A stretch of DNA of 25,190 nt from a virus (Duplodnaviria; Caudoviricetes), in IMG/VR virus record IMGVR_UViG_3300036985_000838, positions 1 to 25,190 of that record; one strand, written 5' to 3'. A program made the translations under genes and the position numbers. Below, one piece after another: positions 1 through 9,713 of this stretch (the stretch's first letter is position 1; every line of letters starts with the position of its first letter). The notes under the pieces were generated by a model. The model saw nothing but the letters and a program-made list of their open reading frames with translations, was not told the origin of the DNA and searched no databases.

Positions 1-2
1 TT

Positions 3-125
3 GTCATCATTAAGCAAAAATTGGAGATAGGTGTGACTAGCGCAAGATTAGCAAGAGATTTTAATGTTAGCGAAGCAGCAATTCAAAACATTAAAAAAGG
101 GCGCCGCTGGACACACGTTAACTAG
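3..125 (+). CDS. 3' end of a gene (partial); helix-turn-helix tail typical of HNH endonuclease-family proteins
   Basis: Manual translation from position 3 gives VIIKQKLEIGVTSARLARDFNVSEAAIQNIKKGRRWTHVN* (TAG 123-125). It matches the LA..F.VS...I..I..G..W.HV C-terminal HTH pattern of phage HNH proteins. Confidence 0.6.
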   Translation, partial: VIIKQKLEIGVTSARLARDFNVSEAAIQNIKKGRRWTHVN

Positions 126-133
126 GTAACTAA

Positions 134-1693
134 ATGCTACGTCCTAAACGCCAAACAGCCAATACCGTCACTGTCACCGCGCCAATCGGCGGGTGGAACG
201 CGGTTAATCAATTAGCCGCGATGTCGCCTAATGAAGCGGTTATCATCGACAACTGGTTTTGTTTGCCTACCGAATTGCAGTCACGCAAAGGCTACACATT
301 GTGGTCAAGTGGTATAGCAGGTGATATTGAATCGTTTATTACCTATGACGGTCAAGACGGCGTTTCGCGTGTCTTTGCGGTAGCTGACGACGCTGGCGAT
401 TGCAGTGTGTGGGACGTAACGGCGCAAACGCCTACCGCGCCAACTGAAGTGGTTACAGGTCTTACTAACGCTCGGTGGTATTTTGGTCAAGTATCAACGT
501 CAGGCGGCACATTTACGCTTGCCGTAAATGGTGAAGATTATATGCTTCTCTATGACGGCACAACATGGCAACAAGTGACAGGCGTATCAACGCCTTACGC
601 TATTACAGGCATTGACACAAGTCTACTTGTTGGCGTTTTAGTGCATCACCGCCGCGCATGGTTTGTCCAAAAAGACAGCATGAAATGTTGGTATTTAGAC
701 ACTGATGCCATTGCTGGCGCAGCCACATCTTTTGACTTCGCGCCATTGTTTATCAACGGGGGTAGCATCGCTAAGATTGAAACATGGACGCTGGACGCCG
801 GTAACGGTATGGATGACTATTTTGTCGTCATTACTTCGGTAGGTGAGATCGCGGTTTATAGCGGCACAAACCCTGCTGATGCAGCTACATGGTCACTTAA
901 CGGCGTGTATTACGGCGGCTCACCCGTAGGGCGCAATTGCACAATTAAATACGGCGGCGACGTACTGCTTCTAAATAAAGACGGTTTAGTCCCTTTGTCA
1001 CAGTGGTTAATGTCTAGCCGTGTTAACGTCAAAACGTCTATCACAAACAAAATACAAAAACGTATTACTGATGCAACTGTAGCCTACGCAGGGAATTACG
1101 GCTGGCAAGTTGTATTAAGCCCACCTAACAATATGCTGTTTATCAACGTACCGGTCAGTTCAACGCAGTTTGACCAATACGTCATGAACACCATTAGCGG
1201 GTCATGGTCACGCTTTACAGGTGTTAATGCGACCTGTTGGGCGTTTGTTAACAACGTAATGTATTTCGGGCAAGGCGGTAAAGTCTTTAAATTTTGGGAT
1301 GGCGCAAATGACGATGGGGATGTTATCAATACCGACCTGCTACCTGCTTTTTCTGCTTTTGGCAGTCAAAGTCAAATTAAGCGTTGGACGATGGCTAAAG
1401 TGTCAATGGGCTACGACTATGCGTTTGCGTTTTCCGGTCAAATTAATCTTAACTTTGATTTAGTATCAGCACCTCCCCAACCTTATAACATCTTAGAAAC
1501 TACAGCGGGTGTTTGGGATTCTGGCGTTTGGGACACCGCACAATGGGGCGGCGTAACAACGCCTTTCTCTCGTTGGCAAATGGCTTCAGGTATGGGCTAT
1601 TACGGTACGTTTAGAATTAAAACGTCCAGTAAAACGTCCAATATACGCTATTATGCAACCGACTATGTATTTGAAGGCGGAGGTATCCTATAA
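134..1693 (+). CDS. Packaged DNA stabilisation / tail hub (nozzle) protein, P22 gp10-like
   Basis: 519 aa, beta-rich. Begins APIGGWNA and has WDSGVWDTAQWGG near the C-terminus. It precedes the acetyltransferase and internal virion genes, as in podovirus tail modules. Confidence 0.7.
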   Translation: MLRPKRQTANTVTVTAPIGGWNAVNQLAAMSPNEAVIIDNWFCLPTELQSRKGYTLWSSGIAGDIESFITYDGQDGVSRVFAVADDAGDCSVWDVTAQTPTAPTEVVTGLTNARWYFGQVSTSGGTFTLAVNGEDYMLLYDGTTWQQVTGVSTPYAITGIDTSLLVGVLVHHRRAWFVQKDSMKCWYLDTDAIAGAATSFDFAPLFINGGSIAKIETWTLDAGNGMDDYFVVITSVGEIAVYSGTNPADAATWSLNGVYYGGSPVGRNCTIKYGGDVLLLNKDGLVPLSQWLMSSRVNVKTSITNKIQKRITDATVAYAGNYGWQVVLSPPNNMLFINVPVSSTQFDQYVMNTISGSWSRFTGVNATCWAFVNNVMYFGQGGKVFKFWDGANDDGDVINTDLLPAFSAFGSQSQIKRWTMAKVSMGYDYAFAFSGQINLNFDLVSAPPQPYNILETTAGVWDSGVWDTAQWGGVTTPFSRWQMASGMGYYGTFRIKTSSKTSNIRYYATDYVFEGGGIL

Positions 1694-2142
1694 TGGAAGA
1701 TTTAGAGAAGTTTAAAGATTGGTGGCTTAATAATAGAGTTATCAACACACCAAAACACGGCTCGCTAACGTTTTATCACAATAGAATTTCTGGTGTTGTG
1801 CTATATAGACAAAATGAATACCAAGTAGAGCTTTTTATCCCCCAAGGAAACTGCGAAGTTAAACAGCATATACATCCTGATGTAGACAGTTTTGAAGTTT
1901 ATTTATGTGGTGAAATGGTGTTTAATTTAGATGGGGTAGAGTATGCGCAATCTACAATAGGGGATTCACTTCCAGTCCCCTCTACTTGTTATCACGGCGG
2001 CGCAACAGGCGAAGAAGGCGCAGCGTTCTTATCTATTCAAAAATGGAAAAACGGCGTGTTACCTACTTCTGTAGGCGAAAATTGGGGTGATAAAGACGGC
2101 AAAAACAGTTGGGACACATATAAAAATGAAGATATTAACTGA
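1693..2142 (+). CDS. Cupin-fold protein (putative metal-binding)
   Basis: 149 aa with cupin motif 1 HIHPDVDSFE (HxHx4-6E) and a motif 2 His in PSTCYHGG. TAATG-coupled to the upstream gene. Confidence 0.55.
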   Translation: MEDLEKFKDWWLNNRVINTPKHGSLTFYHNRISGVVLYRQNEYQVELFIPQGNCEVKQHIHPDVDSFEVYLCGEMVFNLDGVEYAQSTIGDSLPVPSTCYHGGATGEEGAAFLSIQKWKNGVLPTSVGENWGDKDGKNSWDTYKNEDIN

Positions 2143-2533
2143 CCAACCAGAACGCGCAGGGCGATGGCTTGCAGAAAAACACGGAGTAACGTATTGCAAA
2201 GATGAAAGCGCTGTATATACCGCTCTTGAGCATAACGGTAAAATAAACGTTGTGTTTATGTATAACGGGTTAATAGAAAACGGTTCCGTACAGCTTCATG
2301 TTGCAGTAGAAGGCCGAGGAAATAAAGAAATACGATGGTATGCTTTTCACTATCCTTTTATAGAGCTAAAAGTTAAAAAAATAATAGCGCCTATTCAAGC
2401 GGATAACAAAAAGTGTATTCGGTTTGCAATAAACGCAGGGTTTGTATGCGAACATATAATTAAAGACGCAGGCCGTAATGGCGACCTATGGATATTTTCA
2501 ATGACCAAAGAACAATGTCGCTTTTTAAAATAA
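2126..2533 (+). CDS. GNAT-like acetyltransferase of the podovirus internal-protein module
   Basis: Start moved to ATG 2126 (MKILTDQPERAGRW). FHYPFIELKVKKIIAPIQADNKKCIRFAINAGFVCE...GDLWIFSMTKEQCRFL fits the phage GNAT pattern, and the position is syntenic. Confidence 0.7.
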   Translation: MKILTDQPERAGRWLAEKHGVTYCKDESAVYTALEHNGKINVVFMYNGLIENGSVQLHVAVEGRGNKEIRWYAFHYPFIELKVKKIIAPIQADNKKCIRFAINAGFVCEHIIKDAGRNGDLWIFSMTKEQCRFLK

Positions 2534-2549
2534 TTTAGGAGTTTAAAAA

Positions 2550-4688
2550 ATGGGTTCTTCATCACCGCCCCCAGCACCAGACTATAAAGCCGCTGCGGCA
2601 ACCACAGCGTCAGGCAATCAAAACGCCGCGATTGCCGCTCAAAAAGGTAACATGACTAATCAGTCTGGACCTACGCAGTCTACTTACGACCCCGTAACAG
2701 GCAAGTTCACGCCTACAGATACTAGCTCTGGCGTAACGTATACCACACCTGAAAAAGCAGACAAATGGGGACATATGCCATTTGATCAGACTAAGTTGTC
2801 AGCTAAGCAAAAAGCGGCGTATTTAGCTACGGGGGTTACACCGCAAAAGTTTGATTTAACCTATCTTCCTCAGCAATACACGCAAACTCAAACACTAGGT
2901 GTTAACGACCGAACGCTTTTTGACCAAAGTCAAGCCGCGCAGGTAGGGTTGGGCGGCATAGCGTTGCAAGGCCTTGACCAAGTACGCCAAGCTACTGACC
3001 CTAACGACCCTAGATATAAAAAAGTAGACCCTACTATTGCTGTTCAAGGCGGCCCTGCGAATACGGCTGACCGCATGACGACAAGTGTTGGTGGCGGGGC
3101 TTTTAGTGGCGGTAGTATTGACACTGGTGGATTGCAATATGGCGTTGCCGACGCAGGAAAAATAGGAAGCGATATTGCTAATGCAGGCAGTATTGCAAAT
3201 GATTTAGGCATAATAGGCGGGAATGTTTCCTCTACAGGCGCTACCGGGCTTGCGCAAACTGCTTTAGATAATAACGGCAATCTTATTCAGTTAAGCTCTG
3301 GCGCAAATCAGCAAGCAAGAGGGCTAGCAAAAAACCAACAAAATGCTGGAAATATTCAAACCAATTTGGGTGTTGACCCGCAGCTTCTTAACCAGCAAAC
3401 GCAAGATGCACTATACAAAGCCAACACGCAATATTTAGACCCTCAGTTCGCCCAAAGCCAGTCAAAAATGGAAAGCCAATTGGCTAACCAAGGCATTACT
3501 CGCGGAAGCGAAGCCTACAACAACGCGATGCTTAACTTTAACAATCAGAAGCAACAGGCTTATGATAGCGCAAGAAATCAGGCTATTGCAGGGTCTACGG
3601 CTGCCGCGCAAGGGATGTTTGGTATGGGGCTTCAGGGCGCTCAGTTTGGCAACCAAGCGCTTGGGCAACAGTTTGGGCAATATACAAACGCGCAGCAACT
3701 TGCTAACTCGGCGGCGGGGCAAAACAATGCCAATGCACAGACTAATCAACAGCTTACTAACGCCGCATTAGGGCAACAATTTGGGCAAAATTTACAAACA
3801 GCGCAATTTGGTAATCAAGCGATTGCGCAAAATAACGCTAACGCTGTTACTAATGCTAACTTTGCAAATGCTGCACAGCAACAAGCGACAGATCAAATGT
3901 TTGCTAGAGCCGGTATTGCTAATTCAGCACAAGCGCAACTTTATGGACAAAACACTAATGACGCGCAATTTGCCAACGCTGCGCAGCAGCAGAAATTTGG
4001 GCAAAACTTAGCTAATCAGCAAGCCATTAACGCAGCCTATGAGCAACAATATGGCATGATAGCTAATAATGAACAACTCAGAAACGCAGCGCAACAGTCA
4101 ACATTTAATGCTGGCCTTGCCAACGCTAGCTTAAATAACGAGAAATTATCGCAATTGTATAATCAACAACTGCAAAGCGCACAACTTAGCAATCAAGCCA
4201 GCAACCAACAACTTGCACAGAATCAAGCGATTCAACAGAATCCACTTAATATTCTGCAAGCATTGCGAACAGGCTCTCAGCTCAATACCGCTAACTTGCC
4301 TGCTGTTGGTGTATCACAGCCCGGACAGTTAGCAAACTGGCAAGGGGCGGATATGCTTGGCGCGGCGCAAGCGCAGGGGCAGTATGACCAAGGCATATAT
4401 AACGCTCGAACTGCCGCTAATGCGCAAATGATTAGCGCAGGAATTGGCGCAGCCGGAGCGCTTGGCGGCTCAGGCATTAAAGCAGCGTCTGATAGAAGGC
4501 TTAAAAAGAACATTAAACGCATTGGTACGCACGTTCTTGGCATTGGGCTTTACACATGGGATTACTTGTGGGGGCAACCGTTCTCAGGCGTTATGGCCGA
4601 CGAAGTGGAACAAGTCATGCCTGAAGCTATCGTTATGCACCCAAGCGGGTTTAAAATGGTCAATTATACAATGTTGGGGTTATTGTAA
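2550..4688 (+). CDS. Internal virion / DNA pilot (ejection) protein with C-terminal peptidase S74 intramolecular chaperone
   Basis: SD AGGAG upstream. N-terminus MGSSSPPPAPDY, Q/N/A-rich 18-aa repeats, and C-terminal SDRRLKKNI...GVMADEVEQVMPEAI...GFKMVNY (S74 signature). Confidence 0.75.
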   Translation: MGSSSPPPAPDYKAAAATTASGNQNAAIAAQKGNMTNQSGPTQSTYDPVTGKFTPTDTSSGVTYTTPEKADKWGHMPFDQTKLSAKQKAAYLATGVTPQKFDLTYLPQQYTQTQTLGVNDRTLFDQSQAAQVGLGGIALQGLDQVRQATDPNDPRYKKVDPTIAVQGGPANTADRMTTSVGGGAFSGGSIDTGGLQYGVADAGKIGSDIANAGSIANDLGIIGGNVSSTGATGLAQTALDNNGNLIQLSSGANQQARGLAKNQQNAGNIQTNLGVDPQLLNQQTQDALYKANTQYLDPQFAQSQSKMESQLANQGITRGSEAYNNAMLNFNNQKQQAYDSARNQAIAGSTAAAQGMFGMGLQGAQFGNQALGQQFGQYTNAQQLANSAAGQNNANAQTNQQLTNAALGQQFGQNLQTAQFGNQAIAQNNANAVTNANFANAAQQQATDQMFARAGIANSAQAQLYGQNTNDAQFANAAQQQKFGQNLANQQAINAAYEQQYGMIANNEQLRNAAQQSTFNAGLANASLNNEKLSQLYNQQLQSAQLSNQASNQQLAQNQAIQQNPLNILQALRTGSQLNTANLPAVGVSQPGQLANWQGADMLGAAQAQGQYDQGIYNARTAANAQMISAGIGAAGALGGSGIKAASDRRLKKNIKRIGTHVLGIGLYTWDYLWGQPFSGVMADEVEQVMPEAIVMHPSGFKMVNYTMLGLL
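3639..4232 (+). repeat. 11 tandem 18-aa (54-nt) degenerate coding repeats
   Basis: Units such as AQFGNQALGQQFGQYTNA, QQLANSAAGQNNANAQTN and AQFANAAQQQKFGQNLAN. Asn is at position 5 in all 11 units. Confidence 0.85.
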
Positions 4689-4987
4689 TGATGCTAGGCG
4701 AACAACAACAACAAGCGCTTGCACAAGCGCTTAGAAACCAACCACAATATCGCCAAGGCAATGCCGCGCCGTCAGCGCAGTCAATAATGGCTAACGCTGA
4801 CACGTTAGCTAAAGGATATCAGGATATTAAAGCGGCAGGCAAAAGCGACGCGCAGCAATACGCTGATGAATTTGGTAAGTTTGACCCTGCGTTTGCTGCA
4901 CAGCAAGCTAAAACACCTGACGAGGGCAGTTTTATGCAGGGTTTGCAAAACAAATGGAACGGGCTATTTGGAGGCTCTAATGGCTAG
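4688..4987 (+). CDS. Small putative virion protein
   Basis: 99 aa, Q/A-rich (QALAQALR), coupled to both neighbouring genes. Confidence 0.6.
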   Translation: MMLGEQQQQALAQALRNQPQYRQGNAAPSAQSIMANADTLAKGYQDIKAAGKSDAQQYADEFGKFDPAFAAQQAKTPDEGSFMQGLQNKWNGLFGGSNG

Positions 4988-6446
4988 TTTATATGATGAT
5001 AAGGTGCTTGGTGCTAAAGATAGAATTGCGCTAGCGCGTAAGCTACAAGAACAAAGTGCTAATCAACAAGCAGGTCAAATGGTCGGCGGATGGTACGTCC
5101 CTAATACTAGTGGCGCAGCACTTGGAGCGCTTAATAATATTCTTGGTGCATGGGAGGAGAAAGGCGCTAAAGAAGATTTGGATAAGGTTGAACGCGAAAA
5201 AACAGCGGCTACTCTTAGGGGTTTAAATTCTATGGGAATGGAAGCGCCACCAGAAATGGCGTTGCAAGCAGGAACACCAGAACAAAAACCATCTTGGTGG
5301 GATAAAACGTCTGCCTTTGTTACAGGTGGCGAACAACCTCAAACAGTTCCTGCACAACCTATGGCTCAAAATGTAGCTAAAAACGTGTCGCCTGAAGACT
5401 TAGACCGTCAATCATTAGCAATGTCTGTTATTAACCCTGAAGTTGGTGCTATGGCGCAGACTATAGGTAACAATCAAGCTAATAGAGAAGCACGAAGACT
5501 AGCCGCTCAAGATTCGGCAGACCTTAAACGATGGATGCTATCGCAAACTGAAGCAGGTAAAAATACTCGGCAAGATAAAAATATTGGCTTTCAAGGTGAA
5601 CAAGGTGATTTAAACCGTCAAAATCGAATTGACATACGCATGATTCCGTCACCAAATAGCGGGGGCGCGGCTTCTTATTCATCAGTCAATTTACCTGATG
5701 GAAGTGTGGGTGTTATAGACCACCGTACAGGTGAGATTAAACCCTATGGTACTGGCGGCGGAGCATTGGGCGGCGCAGCTAAACCGTTTACAGATTCAGA
5801 AAACACTTCTTTTGGGCAGCTCTATAAAGGGCAACAAGCGGGGCTTAACCCTAGAATTCCTGCTAAAATGCAATTGCGCTATCAAGAATGGCTATATAAC
5901 AACGGGGGCGATGTTAATGCTATTGTTAGCGGAACAGCCGGAGCTAAAGCAGAAACAAGCGCATTAGGGTCGCAAACTAAACAATACGAAGCGGCTAAAA
6001 CCTTCAGTAATACGTTTGATGAAAACGCTAAAATGGCGCTTGAGTTTAGCAACAATATTGCACGAACTAAATCGCCAATGGTTAACCAGCTTATTCAGTC
6101 ATGGCAAACAAGCGGCGTTCAAGACCCTGAATTAAAAGCGTTTAAAAACGTTAATGAAACCGTTGTTAATGAATACGCTAAAATTATGTCTGGTAGCACT
6201 GGTTCTTCGGCAGTGTCTGTGGGGGCAGCTAAACACGCACGCGAAATGCTAGGTACCGCAGATAGCAAAGAAGCATACGCCAGAGGTTTGCAAACATTAC
6301 GACAAGAAGCCGATAACAGGCTTGAAAGTTTTAAAACAGGCACTGGAAATATTCGCAATCGACTTGCTAACCCTCAACAACCGGTACAACAACCTGTACA
6401 ACAACCTGTACAACAAAAACCAAACTACTCTACTAGCGGATGGTGA
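4980..6446 (+). CDS. Internal virion / ejection protein
   Basis: Start moved to ATG 4980 (GGAGG SD; MASLYDD...). Contains GQMVGGWYVP, is helical and A/Q-rich, and ends with (PVQQ)3. Confidence 0.7.
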   Translation: MASLYDDKVLGAKDRIALARKLQEQSANQQAGQMVGGWYVPNTSGAALGALNNILGAWEEKGAKEDLDKVEREKTAATLRGLNSMGMEAPPEMALQAGTPEQKPSWWDKTSAFVTGGEQPQTVPAQPMAQNVAKNVSPEDLDRQSLAMSVINPEVGAMAQTIGNNQANREARRLAAQDSADLKRWMLSQTEAGKNTRQDKNIGFQGEQGDLNRQNRIDIRMIPSPNSGGAASYSSVNLPDGSVGVIDHRTGEIKPYGTGGGALGGAAKPFTDSENTSFGQLYKGQQAGLNPRIPAKMQLRYQEWLYNNGGDVNAIVSGTAGAKAETSALGSQTKQYEAAKTFSNTFDENAKMALEFSNNIARTKSPMVNQLIQSWQTSGVQDPELKAFKNVNETVVNEYAKIMSGSTGSSAVSVGAAKHAREMLGTADSKEAYARGLQTLRQEADNRLESFKTGTGNIRNRLANPQQPVQQPVQQPVQQKPNYSTSGW

Positions 6447-6451
6447 TTTAA

Positions 6452-9361
6452 ATGCCAAGAGATATTACAGTTACGTTTGAAGACGGTTCCCAGCACGAAT
6501 ATAAAAGTGCGCCGGATGATATTACGCCTGACGCGGTTGCAGAAAGAGCGCAAAAAGAATTTAATTTGCCAATAACGCATATTGATGGCGGTAAAAGCGC
6601 AGAAGCTCCTAAAGAAGCGCCGTCAATGCTTAATCGCTTTATGGCACACCCTTATGATACATACGCGCAGGAAGCACAAAATTTAGCTGGCGGCGTTGTT
6701 GGCGGTGTAGCTGACGTAGCCGTTAATGCGGCGGATTTGATTCATGCGCTTCCTGCCAAGCAACAAAATTTAAGCTCGTTAATTGCGCCATCTAATACTA
6801 CAACTGCTGATGATTATAAAGCCGCTGTTCAACAAAAACTTCAAGACTTTGGTGTTAAACCTGAAAGCGGTGCTTATGGCGTAGGTAAGTTTGGTGGCGA
6901 AATAGCCGCTACGCTGCCTATTGGCGGTGCGTTAGGTGCGGGTTCAAAAGTGTTAGGTGCGTCACCTAGAATTGTAGCGGCGTTAAAATCAGGTGGGATA
7001 AGTACCGGCGAAGCGGAAGGGTTTGCTAAAAATTTACTTACTAAAGCAGCCGCTGGCGCAAGCGTAGGGGGCTTAACAGGGCAAGTAATAGCACCGGAAA
7101 ACGATGGTGGACTTACTGGCAGCGCTGTTGGTGGAGGCGTAGGTGCAGCAACATCCATTATTAACCCTGCGGCTAAATTAGGTTATAAAATCGTCGAGCC
7201 GATATTTGAGCGCGGACGTGAAGCTATAGCTAACAGAAAAATGCGCGATATTGCAGGTGGTGCGGAAAATATACCGCTTATGATTGACCGGTTAAGAAAT
7301 AAAGGCGTGACACCCGAAGAACTAGCCGTACGAATGCAATCGCCTGAGCTTGCCGGGTCTATTAGAACGTCAGAAGAACAGTTCCCTAAAGATTGGATAC
7401 CTAAACGCGCCGCTGAAGCGGAAGCTATGGCAACCAACGTTAATCAAGCGCAAAGCTCGCTTAATGCGCTGCATCAAGGTGAGATGCCGGTTAGCAACGT
7501 AAGCGCTGCCGCACCATACCAAAATGTGCAAAGCGGATTGGCGGCGCAAGCAGGTGGTCTTGAAAACACTAAAGCGGCGCGTACAGCAGAGCTATTGCGT
7601 CAAGCCGAAACACAACAGGTAGGGATTGAAGAAGCTAAACAGCAAGTGGCTAGTACAATCGCGCAACCAGAGCAACGTAAAATTGGACAGTCAATCGCTG
7701 CGCGTAAAGTTGCGCTAGAAGATGAAGCTAAAGCCTTAGTAAGCCCTATATACAATCAAGCCTTCGAGCTTGCGCCTGAGCCTTTCAGCGTTCAGCCGTT
7801 AATTGATAAAGCATCTAAAATAGCGGATAAAATCTCTACTGCTATCAATAAAGATACTGCCCCATTGACTGATAAAGCGCTTACCGTATTTAAACAAAAA
7901 GCAGAAGAAGGTCCTGCAATTCTTGATGCTCGTGGTAAACCAATGAAAAATACGACTGAGGGCATACCTCATGCGGCTAAATTGGAAGACCTTAAAGAAC
8001 TTCGCAGTGTCGTATTAAAAGAAGCAAGAAATCTTAAAGGCGACCCTAAATCAGGGCTTACCCTTGCTAACTTAGATTTATTAAGACAGGGCATTGAAGA
8101 ATCTATTGCTAAACACGCACCTTCTGAAGCACGAGCCATTTTTAACCAAGCTAATGAGCTTTATAGAACAACTGTTGCAGAACCGTTTAAAGAGGGCGCG
8201 GTGTCTAATTTGACGCGTCAAACAAGTAATGCTCGACCTAAGATAAGTCCCTCGGATGTAACGGAGCGAATGCTTCAGCCAGATAGAGCGGCAGATTTTA
8301 TTCGCGCGTTTGGAAATGACCCAGAAGCGTTGCAAGCTATTGCAACAGGTGTCGAAGGTAAATTCAACGCTGAAGTTGTACAAGGTGGCAAATCCGCAGA
8401 TAAATTTTTAAAAGATAATCGAGAAGCATTAAAAACGCTTGATTCTACTGGCGCAGGAATTCAAAACCGACTAAGTGAAATCGTGCGTAACTTTGAACCT
8501 ATCGAAGCAAATCAAGCCGCGCTTGGTGAGCAAGTTAAAGCAATCCCTAAAGTAGTGGGCGAATCGGTAGCTAATCAACAGCGTATTATTAGCAAATCGG
8601 CTAAAGACCTAAGCGGCGCAACTGACCCTGAAAATTTAGCTAAAATAGCCGTTAGTGGCGATGCTCGCTTGATGGGGCGCATACTGCACAAGCTATCGCC
8701 TGAAGCTAAACCAGAATTGGCAAACCAAGTCATTAAAAATGCTTTTGAACCTATCACAACAGGCGCAGATAATGCGAGTGCTAAGACAGCTAAAGCGCTT
8801 GACAATTCTCGCATAGCAGTAGCGTTAAAAGCAACATACGGAAAAGAAGAAGGCGCAGCTAAACTGGCTGACTTTAAAGAAACCGCGCACATTCAGTCGT
8901 TGATTGAAAAGGTTAAAAAAGACACTCCTTCGCACCCGTATGACACCGCGCAAGCACTCGATACGTTGACCACCGATAAACCTCTCGTTAAACGCGCGGT
9001 AGAGGATATACTGGCAACGCTTAACGATCAGAAGAAGTTTGCTGAATTGGCGGCTAGTGGGCGTAAAGCAAAAGAAGGCACAATCAATTTGGCATCTACC
9101 GCTACGCCTGTCCTACCTTTTTCGTTAACCCGCGTCGCGTCGATGGCTAAGTGGGTACACACAACGCTATTAAAATCAGCCGACACTGAGCTTGCAGATA
9201 AAATTTCTAAAGAGCTAATGTCGTCAGAATCGTTTGCTAACGCATTGGAACGAGCGCAACAAGCTGAAGAATTCGCCATACCCACTACATTGATAGAACG
9301 TGGTAGAATTATTCCCCGTGCCGCGCCTAGCGCGATTACTTCAATATCAGGAGAAAAATAA
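6452..9361 (+). CDS. Large internal virion / ejection protein
   Basis: 969 aa. N-terminal ITVTFEDGSQHEY..PDD motif, Gly/Ala-rich hydrophobic segments, then a long helical region. It is the last gene of the internal-protein cluster. Confidence 0.7.
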   Translation: MPRDITVTFEDGSQHEYKSAPDDITPDAVAERAQKEFNLPITHIDGGKSAEAPKEAPSMLNRFMAHPYDTYAQEAQNLAGGVVGGVADVAVNAADLIHALPAKQQNLSSLIAPSNTTTADDYKAAVQQKLQDFGVKPESGAYGVGKFGGEIAATLPIGGALGAGSKVLGASPRIVAALKSGGISTGEAEGFAKNLLTKAAAGASVGGLTGQVIAPENDGGLTGSAVGGGVGAATSIINPAAKLGYKIVEPIFERGREAIANRKMRDIAGGAENIPLMIDRLRNKGVTPEELAVRMQSPELAGSIRTSEEQFPKDWIPKRAAEAEAMATNVNQAQSSLNALHQGEMPVSNVSAAAPYQNVQSGLAAQAGGLENTKAARTAELLRQAETQQVGIEEAKQQVASTIAQPEQRKIGQSIAARKVALEDEAKALVSPIYNQAFELAPEPFSVQPLIDKASKIADKISTAINKDTAPLTDKALTVFKQKAEEGPAILDARGKPMKNTTEGIPHAAKLEDLKELRSVVLKEARNLKGDPKSGLTLANLDLLRQGIEESIAKHAPSEARAIFNQANELYRTTVAEPFKEGAVSNLTRQTSNARPKISPSDVTERMLQPDRAADFIRAFGNDPEALQAIATGVEGKFNAEVVQGGKSADKFLKDNREALKTLDSTGAGIQNRLSEIVRNFEPIEANQAALGEQVKAIPKVVGESVANQQRIISKSAKDLSGATDPENLAKIAVSGDARLMGRILHKLSPEAKPELANQVIKNAFEPITTGADNASAKTAKALDNSRIAVALKATYGKEEGAAKLADFKETAHIQSLIEKVKKDTPSHPYDTAQALDTLTTDKPLVKRAVEDILATLNDQKKFAELAASGRKAKEGTINLASTATPVLPFSLTRVASMAKWVHTTLLKSADTELADKISKELMSSESFANALERAQQAEEFAIPTTLIERGRIIPRAAPSAITSISGEK

Positions 9362-9711
9362 TGGCTTTTAACGGCTCTGGAACATACAGTCTGCCGGCTG
9401 GCAACCCGGTTGTCACCGGCACAACGATTTCATCATCAACGACAAATACAACCAACAGTGACATCGCAACAGCGTTGACTAACTGCATCACTCGTGACGG
9501 TCAGTCTACGCCGTCGGCTAATCTGCCAATGAACGTTAAAAAGCTCACAGGGCTTGCCGCTGGCACGTCTGCGGGGGATTCTGTGCGCTATGAGCAAGTA
9601 TTACTGCTTGCTGGCGGCACGATGACGGGGGTAATTACGTTTGCGTCTGGTCAAACATTTATTATTAATAATACGGACCCTTTTTTAGCAATTAATTTTG
9701 GAGGCTTTTAA
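9361..9711 (+). CDS. Tail fibre/spike virion-anchor (N-terminal domain-only) protein
   Basis: MAFNGSGTYSLPAGNPVVTGTTISS...DIATALTNCITRDGQ is a typical podovirus tail fibre attachment domain, but the ORF is only 116 aa. SD AGGAG. Confidence 0.7.
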   Translation: MAFNGSGTYSLPAGNPVVTGTTISSSTTNTTNSDIATALTNCITRDGQSTPSANLPMNVKKLTGLAAGTSAGDSVRYEQVLLLAGGTMTGVITFASGQTFIINNTDPFLAINFGGF

Positions 9712-9713
9712 TT

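Noticed and set aside
6375-6416. 12-bp tandem repeat CAACAACC(G/T)GTA
   Set aside because: It encodes an ordinary in-frame (PVQQ)n low-complexity linker.
9678-9695. In-frame slippery heptamers C CCT TTT / T TTT TTA near the end of the anchor gene, which could fuse it to the next (-1 frame) gene
   Set aside because: The -1 frame hits TAA at 9693-9695 before reaching the next gene.
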